64,000 nt of DNA from Promethearchaeota archaeon (GTDB lineage Archaea > Asgardarchaeota > Lokiarchaeia > Sigyniarchaeales > SOKP01). The translations under genes and the position numbers were made by a program. Location: positions 15,584 through 79,583 of the forward strand of contig JBHLPW010000017.1 of the NCBI GenBank assembly GCA_048939015.1, written 5' to 3'. Positions 39,030-48,251 of this stretch are shown piece by piece. Under the pieces are notes generated by a model. It saw only the letters and a list, made by a program, of their open reading frames with translations, had not been told where the DNA came from and made no database searches. The stretch's first letter is position 1. The number at the start of each line of letters is the position of its first letter.

Positions 39030-41075
39030 TCATTTCTTTTTTGAGTTTTTCAAATAATTATCAATAATATTGTCTAAATACTTATCATCTGCCATAAAAG
39101 GTAGAGTCAAATGCCCCCTATTTTCATTTTCAATATTCCATTTATATGCAGTCTCAAATGCGTTGGTATTTCTAGCCCAACTTCTTCGGGCAATTCCTCC
39201 CATAACATCCCATTCGATTGCTGTTTTGATAATATGATCAACTCTTTCAGAACCGTCTAAAACCAATCCAAATCCTCCATTAAAGCATTTTCCAATCCCA
39301 ACTCCACCTCCATTTGATAAAACCACATAAGTCATACCTCGAATTGCATTTCCTGTAAAACAATGAACAGCCATCTCCGCCATTACATTACTTCCATCTC
39401 TAATATTCGATGTTTCTCTGAAAGGAGAATCTGTTCCAGAAACATCATGATGATCTCTTCCTAACATAATTGGTCCAATTTCACCTTTCCTAACGAGTTG
39501 ATTAAATTTTAAAGCAATATCTATTCTTTCTTTAGCATCAGCATATAATATTCTAGCTTTAGTTCCTACCACTAATTTATTCTTTTTCGCATCTTTTATC
39601 CAAGTATAATTATCCCTATCTTGAGCTCTTCTTTCTGGATTAATTGAATTCATTGCAGCTTGATCAGTTTTATCTAAATCTTCATCTTTTCCAGAAAGAC
39701 ATACCCATCTAAATGGTCCATAACCATAATCAAAACATATAGGTCCCATTATATCTTCAACATATGATGGAAAAATAAAGCCCTCAGCAGGATTATCCTT
39801 TACTTTTACAATTTCTTCTACTCCTGCATCAAAAACAGCTTTCATAAAAGAATTACCGTAGTCCCAAAAATATGTGCCTCTGTTTGTCATGATTTTAATG
39901 AGTTCAAATTGTTCTTTCAATGACGCATCAACTAATTCCTTAAATCTTTGAGGGTTAGTTTTAATCAATTCTCTACCTTCCTTAAAACTAATTTGATATG
40001 GAGTATATCCTCCATCATAAACGGCATGACATGATGTCTGATCCGAAGCTAATTCTACCTTAATATCGTTCTCGACAACGTATTTCCATAAATCAACAAT
40101 ATTTCCTGAGTATGCTATAGATAAGGGTCTTTTCTCATTCCTAGCATTATTAACCCATTCAAAAATTTCTCCTAAATCATCAGAAATACGTGAAACCCAA
40201 CCTTGTTCATATCTAGTCTTTATTCTTGATTCATCCACTTCAGCAATAACTCCAATTCCTCCAGCTATTTCAATAGCTTTTGCTTGTGCTCCACTCATAC
40301 CTCCTAATCCTGAAGATAAATATAATACACCACCCAGATCCTTATCTTGAGGAATATTCAGATATAATCTCCCTGCATTTAATAATGTGATATAAGTTCC
40401 GTGTACAATTCCTTGAGGTCCAATATACATCCATCCTCCCGCTGTCATTTGACCATAATTTGCGACACCCAAAGCTGCAGCTGCTGCAAAATCGTCCTGA
40501 TTATCGAACATACCTACCATTAATCCATTTGTTGATACCACTCTTGGAGCATTCGGAAAGGTTGGATAAAGCCCAACTGGATGACCTGATGCTATAATTA
40601 GGGTTTGATTTTCAGTTAATTGCTCTAAATAAAATTTTACTAATCGATATTGCATCCAATTTTGAAAGACTTGTCCACTTTCTCCATAGGTTACCAATTC
40701 ATAAGGATAAAGTGCCACATCAAAATCTAAATTATTATCAATCATTACTTGTAAAGCCTTTCCTTCAAGTGTATTACCCTTATATTCATTTACAGATTTT
40801 GCTTTTATTTGCCCTTCTGGTCGATATCTATATCCATATATTCTCCCTCTTGTTACTAATTCCTCAAAAAATTCAGGTATCAATTTTTCATGTAAGGAAT
40901 GAGGTATATATCTTAATGCATTTTTAAGGGCTAGCTTTGTTTGCGCAGGAGTCAAATTATATCCTCTAGAGGGTGCTCTTCTTATACCATCAATAAATTT
41001 AGGATATGAAGGTAGCTCATCTGGTAATCTAATTTTCATAGCTTTAGTAATATCCATAGTTTTATCTAACTCCAT
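39030..41075 (-). CDS. hutU: Urocanate hydratase, long (about 680 aa) type
   Basis: YPYELVTYG, YGQMTAGGWMYIGPQGIVHGT, GLGGMSGAQ, SDQTSCH, GRDHHD..GTDSPFRET. Confidence 0.95.
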   Translation of the reverse strand: MELDKTMDITKAMKIRLPDELPSYPKFIDGIRRAPSRGYNLTPAQTKLALKNALRYIPHSLHEKLIPEFFEELVTRGRIYGYRYRPEGQIKAKSVNEYKGNTLEGKALQVMIDNNLDFDVALYPYELVTYGESGQVFQNWMQYRLVKFYLEQLTENQTLIIASGHPVGLYPTFPNAPRVVSTNGLMVGMFDNQDDFAAAAALGVANYGQMTAGGWMYIGPQGIVHGTYITLLNAGRLYLNIPQDKDLGGVLYLSSGLGGMSGAQAKAIEIAGGIGVIAEVDESRIKTRYEQGWVSRISDDLGEIFEWVNNARNEKRPLSIAYSGNIVDLWKYVVENDIKVELASDQTSCHAVYDGGYTPYQISFKEGRELIKTNPQRFKELVDASLKEQFELIKIMTNRGTYFWDYGNSFMKAVFDAGVEEIVKVKDNPAEGFIFPSYVEDIMGPICFDYGYGPFRWVCLSGKDEDLDKTDQAAMNSINPERRAQDRDNYTWIKDAKKNKLVVGTKARILYADAKERIDIALKFNQLVRKGEIGPIMLGRDHHDVSGTDSPFRETSNIRDGSNVMAEMAVHCFTGNAIRGMTYVVLSNGGGVGIGKCFNGGFGLVLDGSERVDHIIKTAIEWDVMGGIARRSWARNTNAFETAYKWNIENENRGHLTLPFMADDKYLDNIIDNYLKNSKKK

Positions 41076-41195
41076 TTAATATATAAATCATATTATTTTA
41101 TGGTTACTACTTGTTAAAACTAATTTCATGAGTTAAATCTTTAATGCTAGAGGATGTTCTTTACTAATATAAGTAAGGTATTTTGTAAGAATTGA

Positions 41196-42929
41196 TTACT
41201 TTAAAATTTTAATCCCTTTGATTTCTAATTTATGCAAGTAATCTAAATATCCTTTCAGATTATTTTTTTCTATATTTAAATATTGAAGAGAAGGTAATAA
41301 TTCTAGCGATTCTGGTAATTCAGTTAAATAGTTAGATCGAAGAAAAAGATACTTTAACTTTTTAAGCCTTCCTATTGACTCAGGAAGTATTGATAATCGA
41401 TTATTGCCTAAATATAAATATTTTAAAGATTGTAAAGAACCAACAGATTCTGGTATCCTATCTAAATCGTTATAATACAAATATAAATGTTTAAGAGAAG
41501 TAAGTGACCCAATAGTTTCTGGAATTGAGATTAATTTATTTTTTCCTAAGTCTAATATTTCTAGGGTTGTAAGGAATCCTAAGGATTTTGGAATTTCTAT
41601 TAACTTATTAAATCCAATTATTAGGGTTTTTAGCATAGGAAGTGAGCCAATTGTTTGTGGTAAGTTTTTTAGCTTATTCGTTGAGATATCTAATTCCAAT
41701 AATGATCTTAAGGAACCAATTGATGGAGGAAGTTGTTTTAATAAATTTTTACTTAGATCCAATATTTCTAGAGATGAAAGGGATCCAATACTTTCAGGAA
41801 GATTCTCTAATTGATTATCATATAAGTTTAATTCTTTTAAAGATTTTAAGAATCCTATTGAAGTGGGTAATTCTTTAATCTTATTAATATTAAGTTGCAG
41901 TATTTCAAGTGTACTGAGATTTTTTACAGAATATGGAATATCTTGTAAATTATTACGCTCACATCTCAAAATTTTCATTGATGAAAGTTCTCCAATTGAT
42001 TCGGGGATCATATTTAGATTATTATCTGAAATCTCAAGCCTTAATAAAGATTTAAGCGATCCTATTGATTCAGGAAGTTTTACTAACCGATTAGATGAAA
42101 CACTAAGATTTTCTAAAGAAAGAAGCGAACCTATATCTTCAGGTAGATGTGTTAGATTATTCGAAGTTAGACCTAAATAAATTAAACCCTTTATTTCGCC
42201 TATAGATTTCGGTAATTTTTCTAAATTATTTCCTTTTAAAAATAGAGATGTTAAAGATGATAAATTCCCTAGTGCTTCGGGTAGATTTATTAAATTATTA
42301 TTTCTTAAATTGAGTCTTTTTAAAGAAGTTAATTTTGTTATCGAATCTGGGAGTTTAGATAATTTATTATTTCCTAAAAACAAAATTTCTAAAGAATTTA
42401 ACATTCCAATGGTTGGGGGTAATTGTTCAATTTTATTACCACTTAAATCCAAAGTTTTCAAACTTTGTATCTGACCAATTGTATTTGGGATATGCTTTAA
42501 CTTATTCTCACTTAAATCTAAAAGTTCTAATGATGTAAGAGATCCAATATTATTTGGTACTGTTGTTAATTGATTCGTTTCTAAATGCAATTCCTTAAGT
42601 GAAGAGAGTGACCCAATTAAGTCTGGTAATTCTACCAAATGATTTTCGCTTAAGTCTAAAATTTCAAGATTGGAAAGAGAAAATAATTCTTTAGTCACTG
42701 AGCTTAAATTATTTCCTCTGAAATATAACACTTTAAGTGAAGAAAATAATTTAATTTCTTTTGGAATTTCAGATAAACCACAAGAATATAAACTTAAACC
42801 AATTACATGCCCATTTTCAGCATGGAATCCTAGCGAATAACGTTCTATTTTAGAGATCTCTAATATTGATTCGCCTATTTGATTTTTCAATATTTCCAAT
42901 GCTTCTAATTCATTTTCTGAAATTGTCAT
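41196..42929 (-). CDS. Leucine-rich repeat protein (about 22 repeats of 23 aa)
   Basis: Highly regular LxxLxxLxLxxNxLxxLPxSIGx repeats with a short N-cap (VIGLSL). Confidence 0.93.
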   Translation of the reverse strand: MTISENELEALEILKNQIGESILEISKIERYSLGFHAENGHVIGLSLYSCGLSEIPKEIKLFSSLKVLYFRGNNLSSVTKELFSLSNLEILDLSENHLVELPDLIGSLSSLKELHLETNQLTTVPNNIGSLTSLELLDLSENKLKHIPNTIGQIQSLKTLDLSGNKIEQLPPTIGMLNSLEILFLGNNKLSKLPDSITKLTSLKRLNLRNNNLINLPEALGNLSSLTSLFLKGNNLEKLPKSIGEIKGLIYLGLTSNNLTHLPEDIGSLLSLENLSVSSNRLVKLPESIGSLKSLLRLEISDNNLNMIPESIGELSSMKILRCERNNLQDIPYSVKNLSTLEILQLNINKIKELPTSIGFLKSLKELNLYDNQLENLPESIGSLSSLEILDLSKNLLKQLPPSIGSLRSLLELDISTNKLKNLPQTIGSLPMLKTLIIGFNKLIEIPKSLGFLTTLEILDLGKNKLISIPETIGSLTSLKHLYLYYNDLDRIPESVGSLQSLKYLYLGNNRLSILPESIGRLKKLKYLFLRSNYLTELPESLELLPSLQYLNIEKNNLKGYLDYLHKLEIKGIKILK

Positions 42930-43058
42930 TTTTTCTAATTATAGTTTTAATATTGATCTAGAAATATTTTCAAAAACACTTTAAAAAATAATAAAATCTG
43001 GTTATATTTATGTTTAATATATTTGAAATCTACCAATATTAAGATTTTTTATATAATT

Positions 43059-43079
43059 AAAAAAAAAAAAAAAAAAAAA
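43059..43079 (-). terminator. 21-nt homopolymer (oligo-U on the minus strand), probable archaeal terminator of the Fe-ADH gene
   Basis: A21 on the plus strand, 10 nt past the stop codon at 43090. Confidence 0.5.
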
Positions 43080-43089
43080 TAAAAGTGGG

Positions 43090-44289
43090 TCAGAAATCTA
43101 CATCCTTTCCCTCAAAAGCATATTGATAAAGCCGTACTATTTCTGATTTGCCTGGAATTCTAGGAGCCATTACTCCAGAGGGATCTTGGAAAAATAAACT
43201 CACTAAAGTTTCTAAATTTTTATCGAAATCTTCTTTAGAGATTCCTAAATCTTTAAGACTTGATTTGAAATTAACCGATTTTTGCAGCTCTTTTAACTTG
43301 GAAACTACAGAGAAAGCAGCGCTTTTATCATCATCATTCCAATTTGCCCAACCTAATTTTTTTGCTAGCTCAGAATATAGTAAAATTGATTCATTATTAT
43401 CACCAGGAGCATTTAAACAAAATTGGATTATATAGGGAAGGTAAAGCCCTACAGATTGACCATGATGAGTATGAAAAATGGATGAACTACTGTGCCCAAG
43501 AGCATGAGCTAGATGAGCCTGTGAATTACCAAATGATAATCCCGCCATGGTTGCTGCTTGATGTAAGTAATCTCTCGCTTCTTTGTTACTGCCATCTTTA
43601 TACGCAATAGGTAAATATTTGAAAACAAGTTCAATTGCTTTTAAACCCATAGCATTGCTAAACTCATTTTTCCACATTGATATATATGCTTCAAGAGAAT
43701 GTGCTAACGCATCAAAAGCAGTAGCAACTGTTAATTGTGGTGGCATTCCCATAGTAAAAACTGGATCTACGATGGCATAAGTTGGAACCAATACCATGTG
43801 AGACATTGACATTTTTCTCCACACATTGTTTTGTAATCTAGAAATAACTGTTGCCCATGTTACTTCTGACCCAGTTCCTGACGTGGTCGGTATAGCAACC
43901 ATTTTCGCTTTATTAGCAAAATTGTACATTTCATCAGAAAGAGGATCTATATTATTAATGGTGTATTCAGGATATTCATACATTGCCCAAATTGCCTTTG
44001 CTGAATCAATAACGGAACCTCCACCTAAAGCGACAATTAATTCAGGTTTGTATTGATTACACTGCTTTTTACCTTTTAATACATCATCTTCATGAGGATC
44101 TGGAACCACATCTGTGAAAATTTCGTATTCCTTTCCAAATTTCTCAAGTCTGTCTGTTAGAATCTTTAACAAACCTAATTTTTCAATAGTTTTGTCAGAA
44201 ACAATAAAACATTTTGTTCCTTTAAGTTTCTCTAAAAAATTTAAAGCATCTTCGCCATATAATATATTTTGGCAATAAAAGTGCCACAT
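43090..44289 (-). CDS. Iron-containing alcohol dehydrogenase
   Basis: GGGSVID.AK, PTTSGTGSEVT, DALAHSLE, HALGH, HG. Confidence 0.93.
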   Translation of the reverse strand: MWHFYCQNILYGEDALNFLEKLKGTKCFIVSDKTIEKLGLLKILTDRLEKFGKEYEIFTDVVPDPHEDDVLKGKKQCNQYKPELIVALGGGSVIDSAKAIWAMYEYPEYTINNIDPLSDEMYNFANKAKMVAIPTTSGTGSEVTWATVISRLQNNVWRKMSMSHMVLVPTYAIVDPVFTMGMPPQLTVATAFDALAHSLEAYISMWKNEFSNAMGLKAIELVFKYLPIAYKDGSNKEARDYLHQAATMAGLSFGNSQAHLAHALGHSSSSIFHTHHGQSVGLYLPYIIQFCLNAPGDNNESILLYSELAKKLGWANWNDDDKSAAFSVVSKLKELQKSVNFKSSLKDLGISKEDFDKNLETLVSLFFQDPSGVMAPRIPGKSEIVRLYQYAFEGKDVDF

Positions 44290-44454
44290 ATTGATTTTTT
44301 CACCTTTAAATATTACAATTTTATTTGTAATTTTTTTATATTTTGATATTAATGTTTATGATTTTATTAAATTTAATATTTGAAAAAAAATTGAATTATA
44401 ATAATCTACTATACCTGGATAAACAATTAGGATATTAGGTAGGATGACTAAAAA

Positions 44455-44862
44455 ATGGAAAAAGTAGAACAAGATAATTTATTTATTACATTTCAACAAA
44501 CTATAGATAGTATAATAAGAGAAAAGAAACAAAATCCGAAAAATGAAAAGCTATTAAACAAATTTAATGCAAGAGTATTAATAGGCTTACAAATTGAAGA
44601 AGACTATTATTTTTGGGTTAACCTGATTGGAAAAGACGGAGAGTATTCTCTAGGAAAGGGGAAACTCGATGAATATGACTTAGAATTAAAAGCTGCCCCG
44701 GAAGATTTATTATTTTTTGTTAATGGAGAGAATTCAGTAATTAATATGGTTATTAAGAATAATAGCTTTGGATACAAAAAATTAAGATTTTCAAAGGGAT
44801 CAACAGGAAAACACAACTTTGGAATATTGTTAAAACTTTCGAAAATTCTTGTTTTAGATTGA
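44455..44862 (+). CDS. SCP2-like sterol/lipid carrier-fold protein
   Basis: C-terminal YDLELKAAPEDLLFFVNGE...KKLRF resembles the SCP2 pattern. Confidence 0.5.
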   Translation: MEKVEQDNLFITFQQTIDSIIREKKQNPKNEKLLNKFNARVLIGLQIEEDYYFWVNLIGKDGEYSLGKGKLDEYDLELKAAPEDLLFFVNGENSVINMVIKNNSFGYKKLRFSKGSTGKHNFGILLKLSKILVLD

Positions 44863-44881
44863 TTTAATCTTATTAACCTAT

Positions 44882-45511
44882 TCAATATTTTTTATAAATC
44901 TTGTTATTTTTTAAGGTAAAAAAGAATTCTGAGACATTTAATTTTCCTGATTTTTTATTAAGTTGGTATAATTTTATAATAATATCTTTTTTCCTTTTAT
45001 CAACATATATTTCAATAAAAGAAGGTATACCACTCGCAACAAATGACCATGCACCGGTAACACTCCCAGGATTTATTAATAGAATTCCCTCTTTTGTTAG
45101 AAAAATTTCCTCTTTATGAGTATGCCCTGAAACTAGAATATTATAGCCTTTTTCTTGAGCGAGTAACTCAAGTTGATCTTGGTCTCCTCTTGGTCTTATT
45201 TGAGCTCCATGTGTTAATCCTAATATAATTGATTTGTCATCTTCAAAAGAAATTTCTATTTTTTGATGAGTAGGCGAATCTCGATTACCATAGTAATAAT
45301 CCATATTACCTATTACTTTAAATAAAGCTCTTTTTGTTTTTTGATTCAGATAGTCAATAAATTCGGGGAAATTTATTAGATCGCCTGTGAAAAAAATATA
45401 ATCAAAAAGCTCTGATACGGTTATTTCATTGATTTTATCATAAATCTGCATCGGAAGGTCATTAGCACGAACAGGTATATGTGAATCTCCTATACATAAA
45501 ATCCTATACAT
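44882..45511 (-). CDS. Vps29-like metallophosphoesterase
   Basis: IGDSHIP.RA..LP, TGDL, GNMD, THG.QI.PRGD, SGHTH, INPGSVTGA, IPSF. Confidence 0.85.
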   Translation of the reverse strand: MYRILCIGDSHIPVRANDLPMQIYDKINEITVSELFDYIFFTGDLINFPEFIDYLNQKTKRALFKVIGNMDYYYGNRDSPTHQKIEISFEDDKSIILGLTHGAQIRPRGDQDQLELLAQEKGYNILVSGHTHKEEIFLTKEGILLINPGSVTGAWSFVASGIPSFIEIYVDKRKKDIIIKLYQLNKKSGKLNVSEFFFTLKNNKIYKKY

Positions 45512-45519
45512 AATTTCTC

Positions 45520-47001
45520 CTATACATAAGATTTATTCTTGTTCTTTGATTCTTGGACTAATACCCAAAAATTTTTAATCATATCTTCTAGACTTGGAAA
45601 ATTTGGGATATTATTTTCACCCATCAACCGAGAAACCCGTTTTACTTCTTTAATATCACCAATTAACCAAAAGAAAACTGGTTTAGAACCTTTATTGAGG
45701 GTTTTCGCAAGTTGTTTATAATTAGTTGAATACCAGCGTTTCGAACAAAACATCATTTGAAGAATACCCTCTATCTTGTCGTCATTCATCAGAATTTCAT
45801 AAACAGTTTTCATAATTTCTTCAGGATTTATATTATTCATCATAGCCTTCTCCATAGCAGGCCAAAAATCTATAAGTGCAAATCTATTAGGGGGCATCCA
45901 CTCTGGGAATATTTCTGATAATCTACTATATGCTGTATCACTAAAATTTGGGAATTTTAAACCGTATTCCGATGTAATATCGGCAACTATTGTACCCGCA
46001 CCTCCAGATCCTGTAATTAAAGAAACATTTCCTTCTTTTGGTAAATTTTTGCTTTCATTATACATCATTGAAAAAGTTCGGGCAAATTGAAATAGTTCAT
46101 GAAAATTTTTTGCTTGAATTACACCAGCTTGTTTAAAGATCGCATTAATTAATTGTGAGTTCTCAGCTAATGCTCCTGTATGACTTGAAGTAGCTTTTTG
46201 ACCTTGATGTGTTATACCCCCTTTCAATAGAATAATCGTTTTATCTGATTTTTCTTTTGCTTTCCTGCACAATTCAATAAACTTTCTTGGATTTTTAAAA
46301 GATTCAAGATATATAGCTATTACATTTACAGTTGGATCTTCTAAAAAGTACTCCAAAAATTCATTTTCAGTTAAATCCATCTTGTTCCCAATTGAGCATG
46401 AATATCTTATACCTAAATCTGGATATTTTTCCATCAAATACATCAAAAATCCACCATTCAACATGCCTGATTGTGATAGTACAGCAATATTACCTCGTTT
46501 ATATGTATAAAAAACAGCAAAGCTCGTAAAAAAGCCTCCTCTTTCATTATCTTCTGCATCGCTGTCTCCATCAATTCGGGTAAGACCCATGCAATTTGGA
46601 CCCATAATACGTATTTTAGAAAAATTATCTGTAATTTTTAGAATATAATCTTTTAATTCAAGACCTTTTTCACCTACTTCTTCAAATCCAGAAGCCTCAA
46701 TAACTGCACCTTTAATCCCCTTTTGAATACATTCCTCTAGGATATTTGGTATTTTACGATTTGGAATATAAAACACTGCAAGGTCCACATTTTCTTCAAT
46801 ATCAAGAACAGATTTCTTAAATTCTAATCCAAATAATTCTCCATCTGAATTGGGATTTATTGGATAAATTTTTCCTTTGAATTTATTTGTAACAAGATTA
46901 TCTACAATTCGATGACCGCCTTTCAATGGATTTTTTGACGCACCAATTACAGCAACAGATTTAGGATTTAAAAATATATCGATAATATTATTTGTTGACA
47001 A
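45520..47001 (-). CDS. acdA: ADP-forming acyl-CoA synthetase, alpha (CoA-binding) subunit
   Basis: PKSVAVIGAS, YPINP, GPNCMG, SQSG, GNKMD, phospho-His SHTGALA, GSGGAG. Confidence 0.88.
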   Translation of the reverse strand: MSTNNIIDIFLNPKSVAVIGASKNPLKGGHRIVDNLVTNKFKGKIYPINPNSDGELFGLEFKKSVLDIEENVDLAVFYIPNRKIPNILEECIQKGIKGAVIEASGFEEVGEKGLELKDYILKITDNFSKIRIMGPNCMGLTRIDGDSDAEDNERGGFFTSFAVFYTYKRGNIAVLSQSGMLNGGFLMYLMEKYPDLGIRYSCSIGNKMDLTENEFLEYFLEDPTVNVIAIYLESFKNPRKFIELCRKAKEKSDKTIILLKGGITHQGQKATSSHTGALAENSQLINAIFKQAGVIQAKNFHELFQFARTFSMMYNESKNLPKEGNVSLITGSGGAGTIVADITSEYGLKFPNFSDTAYSRLSEIFPEWMPPNRFALIDFWPAMEKAMMNNINPEEIMKTVYEILMNDDKIEGILQMMFCSKRWYSTNYKQLAKTLNKGSKPVFFWLIGDIKEVKRVSRLMGENNIPNFPSLEDMIKNFWVLVQESKNKNKSYV

Positions 47002-47029
47002 CTTTATATCGCGTGTCTTTTATTTTTGA

Positions 47030-48139
47030 TTAAATTTCATTAGCTTTATATTTCCTATATTCTTCTTGGACAAATCGATAAAGATTTTTAGCATTTTCAT
47101 CTTTTTCAAAATGTTCTCTAATAGGAGCTAAAAATTGATTAAGATAATTAACTACAGCAGGTTTTAAATCTGGTGGATTTAACTTACCATTTGCATAATC
47201 TTTCTCTAGCTCATCATAAGAATTATATTCAACATTTCCACCATATTTCTCTGGTCGTTTGATTTTAAAAACTTCAACTAGTTCAAATATGATATATTTA
47301 CAATATTCTAATATAGGATTTTCTTTAATCTGCTTAGGGGGACAATATGCTTTATTAATCTTACGTTTTACTTCGTCAGGAGAATTTAACATAAATATCG
47401 ATGAATCAGGGTCAGATTTTGACATTTTAATTTCTATTGTTCTATCGACACCATTTAGATCCGTCGAAGGTGGTTTATTTAAACCCATTAACATATGATG
47501 ATGGATAGCTACGGGTTTTGATTTATCTAACTTTTTAGCAATCTCTCTCGCTAACATATTTACTTTTCTTTGATCCATACCCAGTTGACAAATATCTGCT
47601 GGAAGATAAAAAATATCTGCAGCTTGCATTAAAGGATATAATATTTGAGACGCATAGAGCTTATCAGATTCACTTCTTCCCATTATTTGTGTACATCTTT
47701 TGACTCTTTTGAGAGTTGTATCAATACCAATTTTTAAAACTAATTCCCAATAATCAGAGTTCTTTACTAAATCTGACGCATATATAAACTCTACTTTACT
47801 TAGATCCATACCACATACTTTCCATAACTCAATGAAAAAATCTCCAACCTTTTTAATTACATCTAAGTCCCCTCCGAATTTTTTATTAGCGGCAGCATGC
47901 CAATCAGCTACTAGAAATTTAAATTTGACGCCAGCTTTTGTCATTTTATTTACATTAATTGCCCTCAAAAGGCCTTGAGCAATATGGATATTACCAGAAG
48001 GTTCAAAACCATCATAAGCATATATTTCTTTTTTATGTTCAGTTTTCCATTGAATCATTTCTCGTAATTCATCTAATGTGATAATTTCTTCTCCAACTTC
48101 TTCTAATAAAGCAATTTTCTCATCTAAAGTTAAAGACAT
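47030..48139 (-). CDS. tyrS: Tyrosyl-tRNA synthetase (archaeal/eukaryotic type)
   Basis: YDGFEPSG.IHIAQG, ADWHA, YPLMQAADI, GMDQRK, KMSKS. Confidence 0.95.
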   Translation of the reverse strand: MSLTLDEKIALLEEVGEEIITLDELREMIQWKTEHKKEIYAYDGFEPSGNIHIAQGLLRAINVNKMTKAGVKFKFLVADWHAAANKKFGGDLDVIKKVGDFFIELWKVCGMDLSKVEFIYASDLVKNSDYWELVLKIGIDTTLKRVKRCTQIMGRSESDKLYASQILYPLMQAADIFYLPADICQLGMDQRKVNMLAREIAKKLDKSKPVAIHHHMLMGLNKPPSTDLNGVDRTIEIKMSKSDPDSSIFMLNSPDEVKRKINKAYCPPKQIKENPILEYCKYIIFELVEVFKIKRPEKYGGNVEYNSYDELEKDYANGKLNPPDLKPAVVNYLNQFLAPIREHFEKDENAKNLYRFVQEEYRKYKANEI

Positions 48140-48251
48140 ATCCTCACTTACTAAGCATTTAATAGGTTAGTAAATTCTTTGATTGATAAAACTTTTACGA
48201 ATAATAAGAATTTAATAAAAAATTGAAGAAGTAGAATAGTATCAAAGAAAT

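Noticed and set aside
41196-42929. Periodic DNA pattern as a CRISPR array or tandem repeat element
   Set aside because: The 69-bp periodicity is explained by LRR coding; there are no identical repeats with unique spacers.
43059-43079. A21 tract as a retro-element tail or phase-variation site
   Set aside because: Intergenic, with no target-site duplication or RT gene; best explained as an oligo-U terminator, and its length may be a sequencing artefact.
17372-47001. Separated acdB and acdA as a broken operon
   Set aside because: Unlinked alpha and beta subunits with several paralogues are common in archaea; both ORFs look intact.
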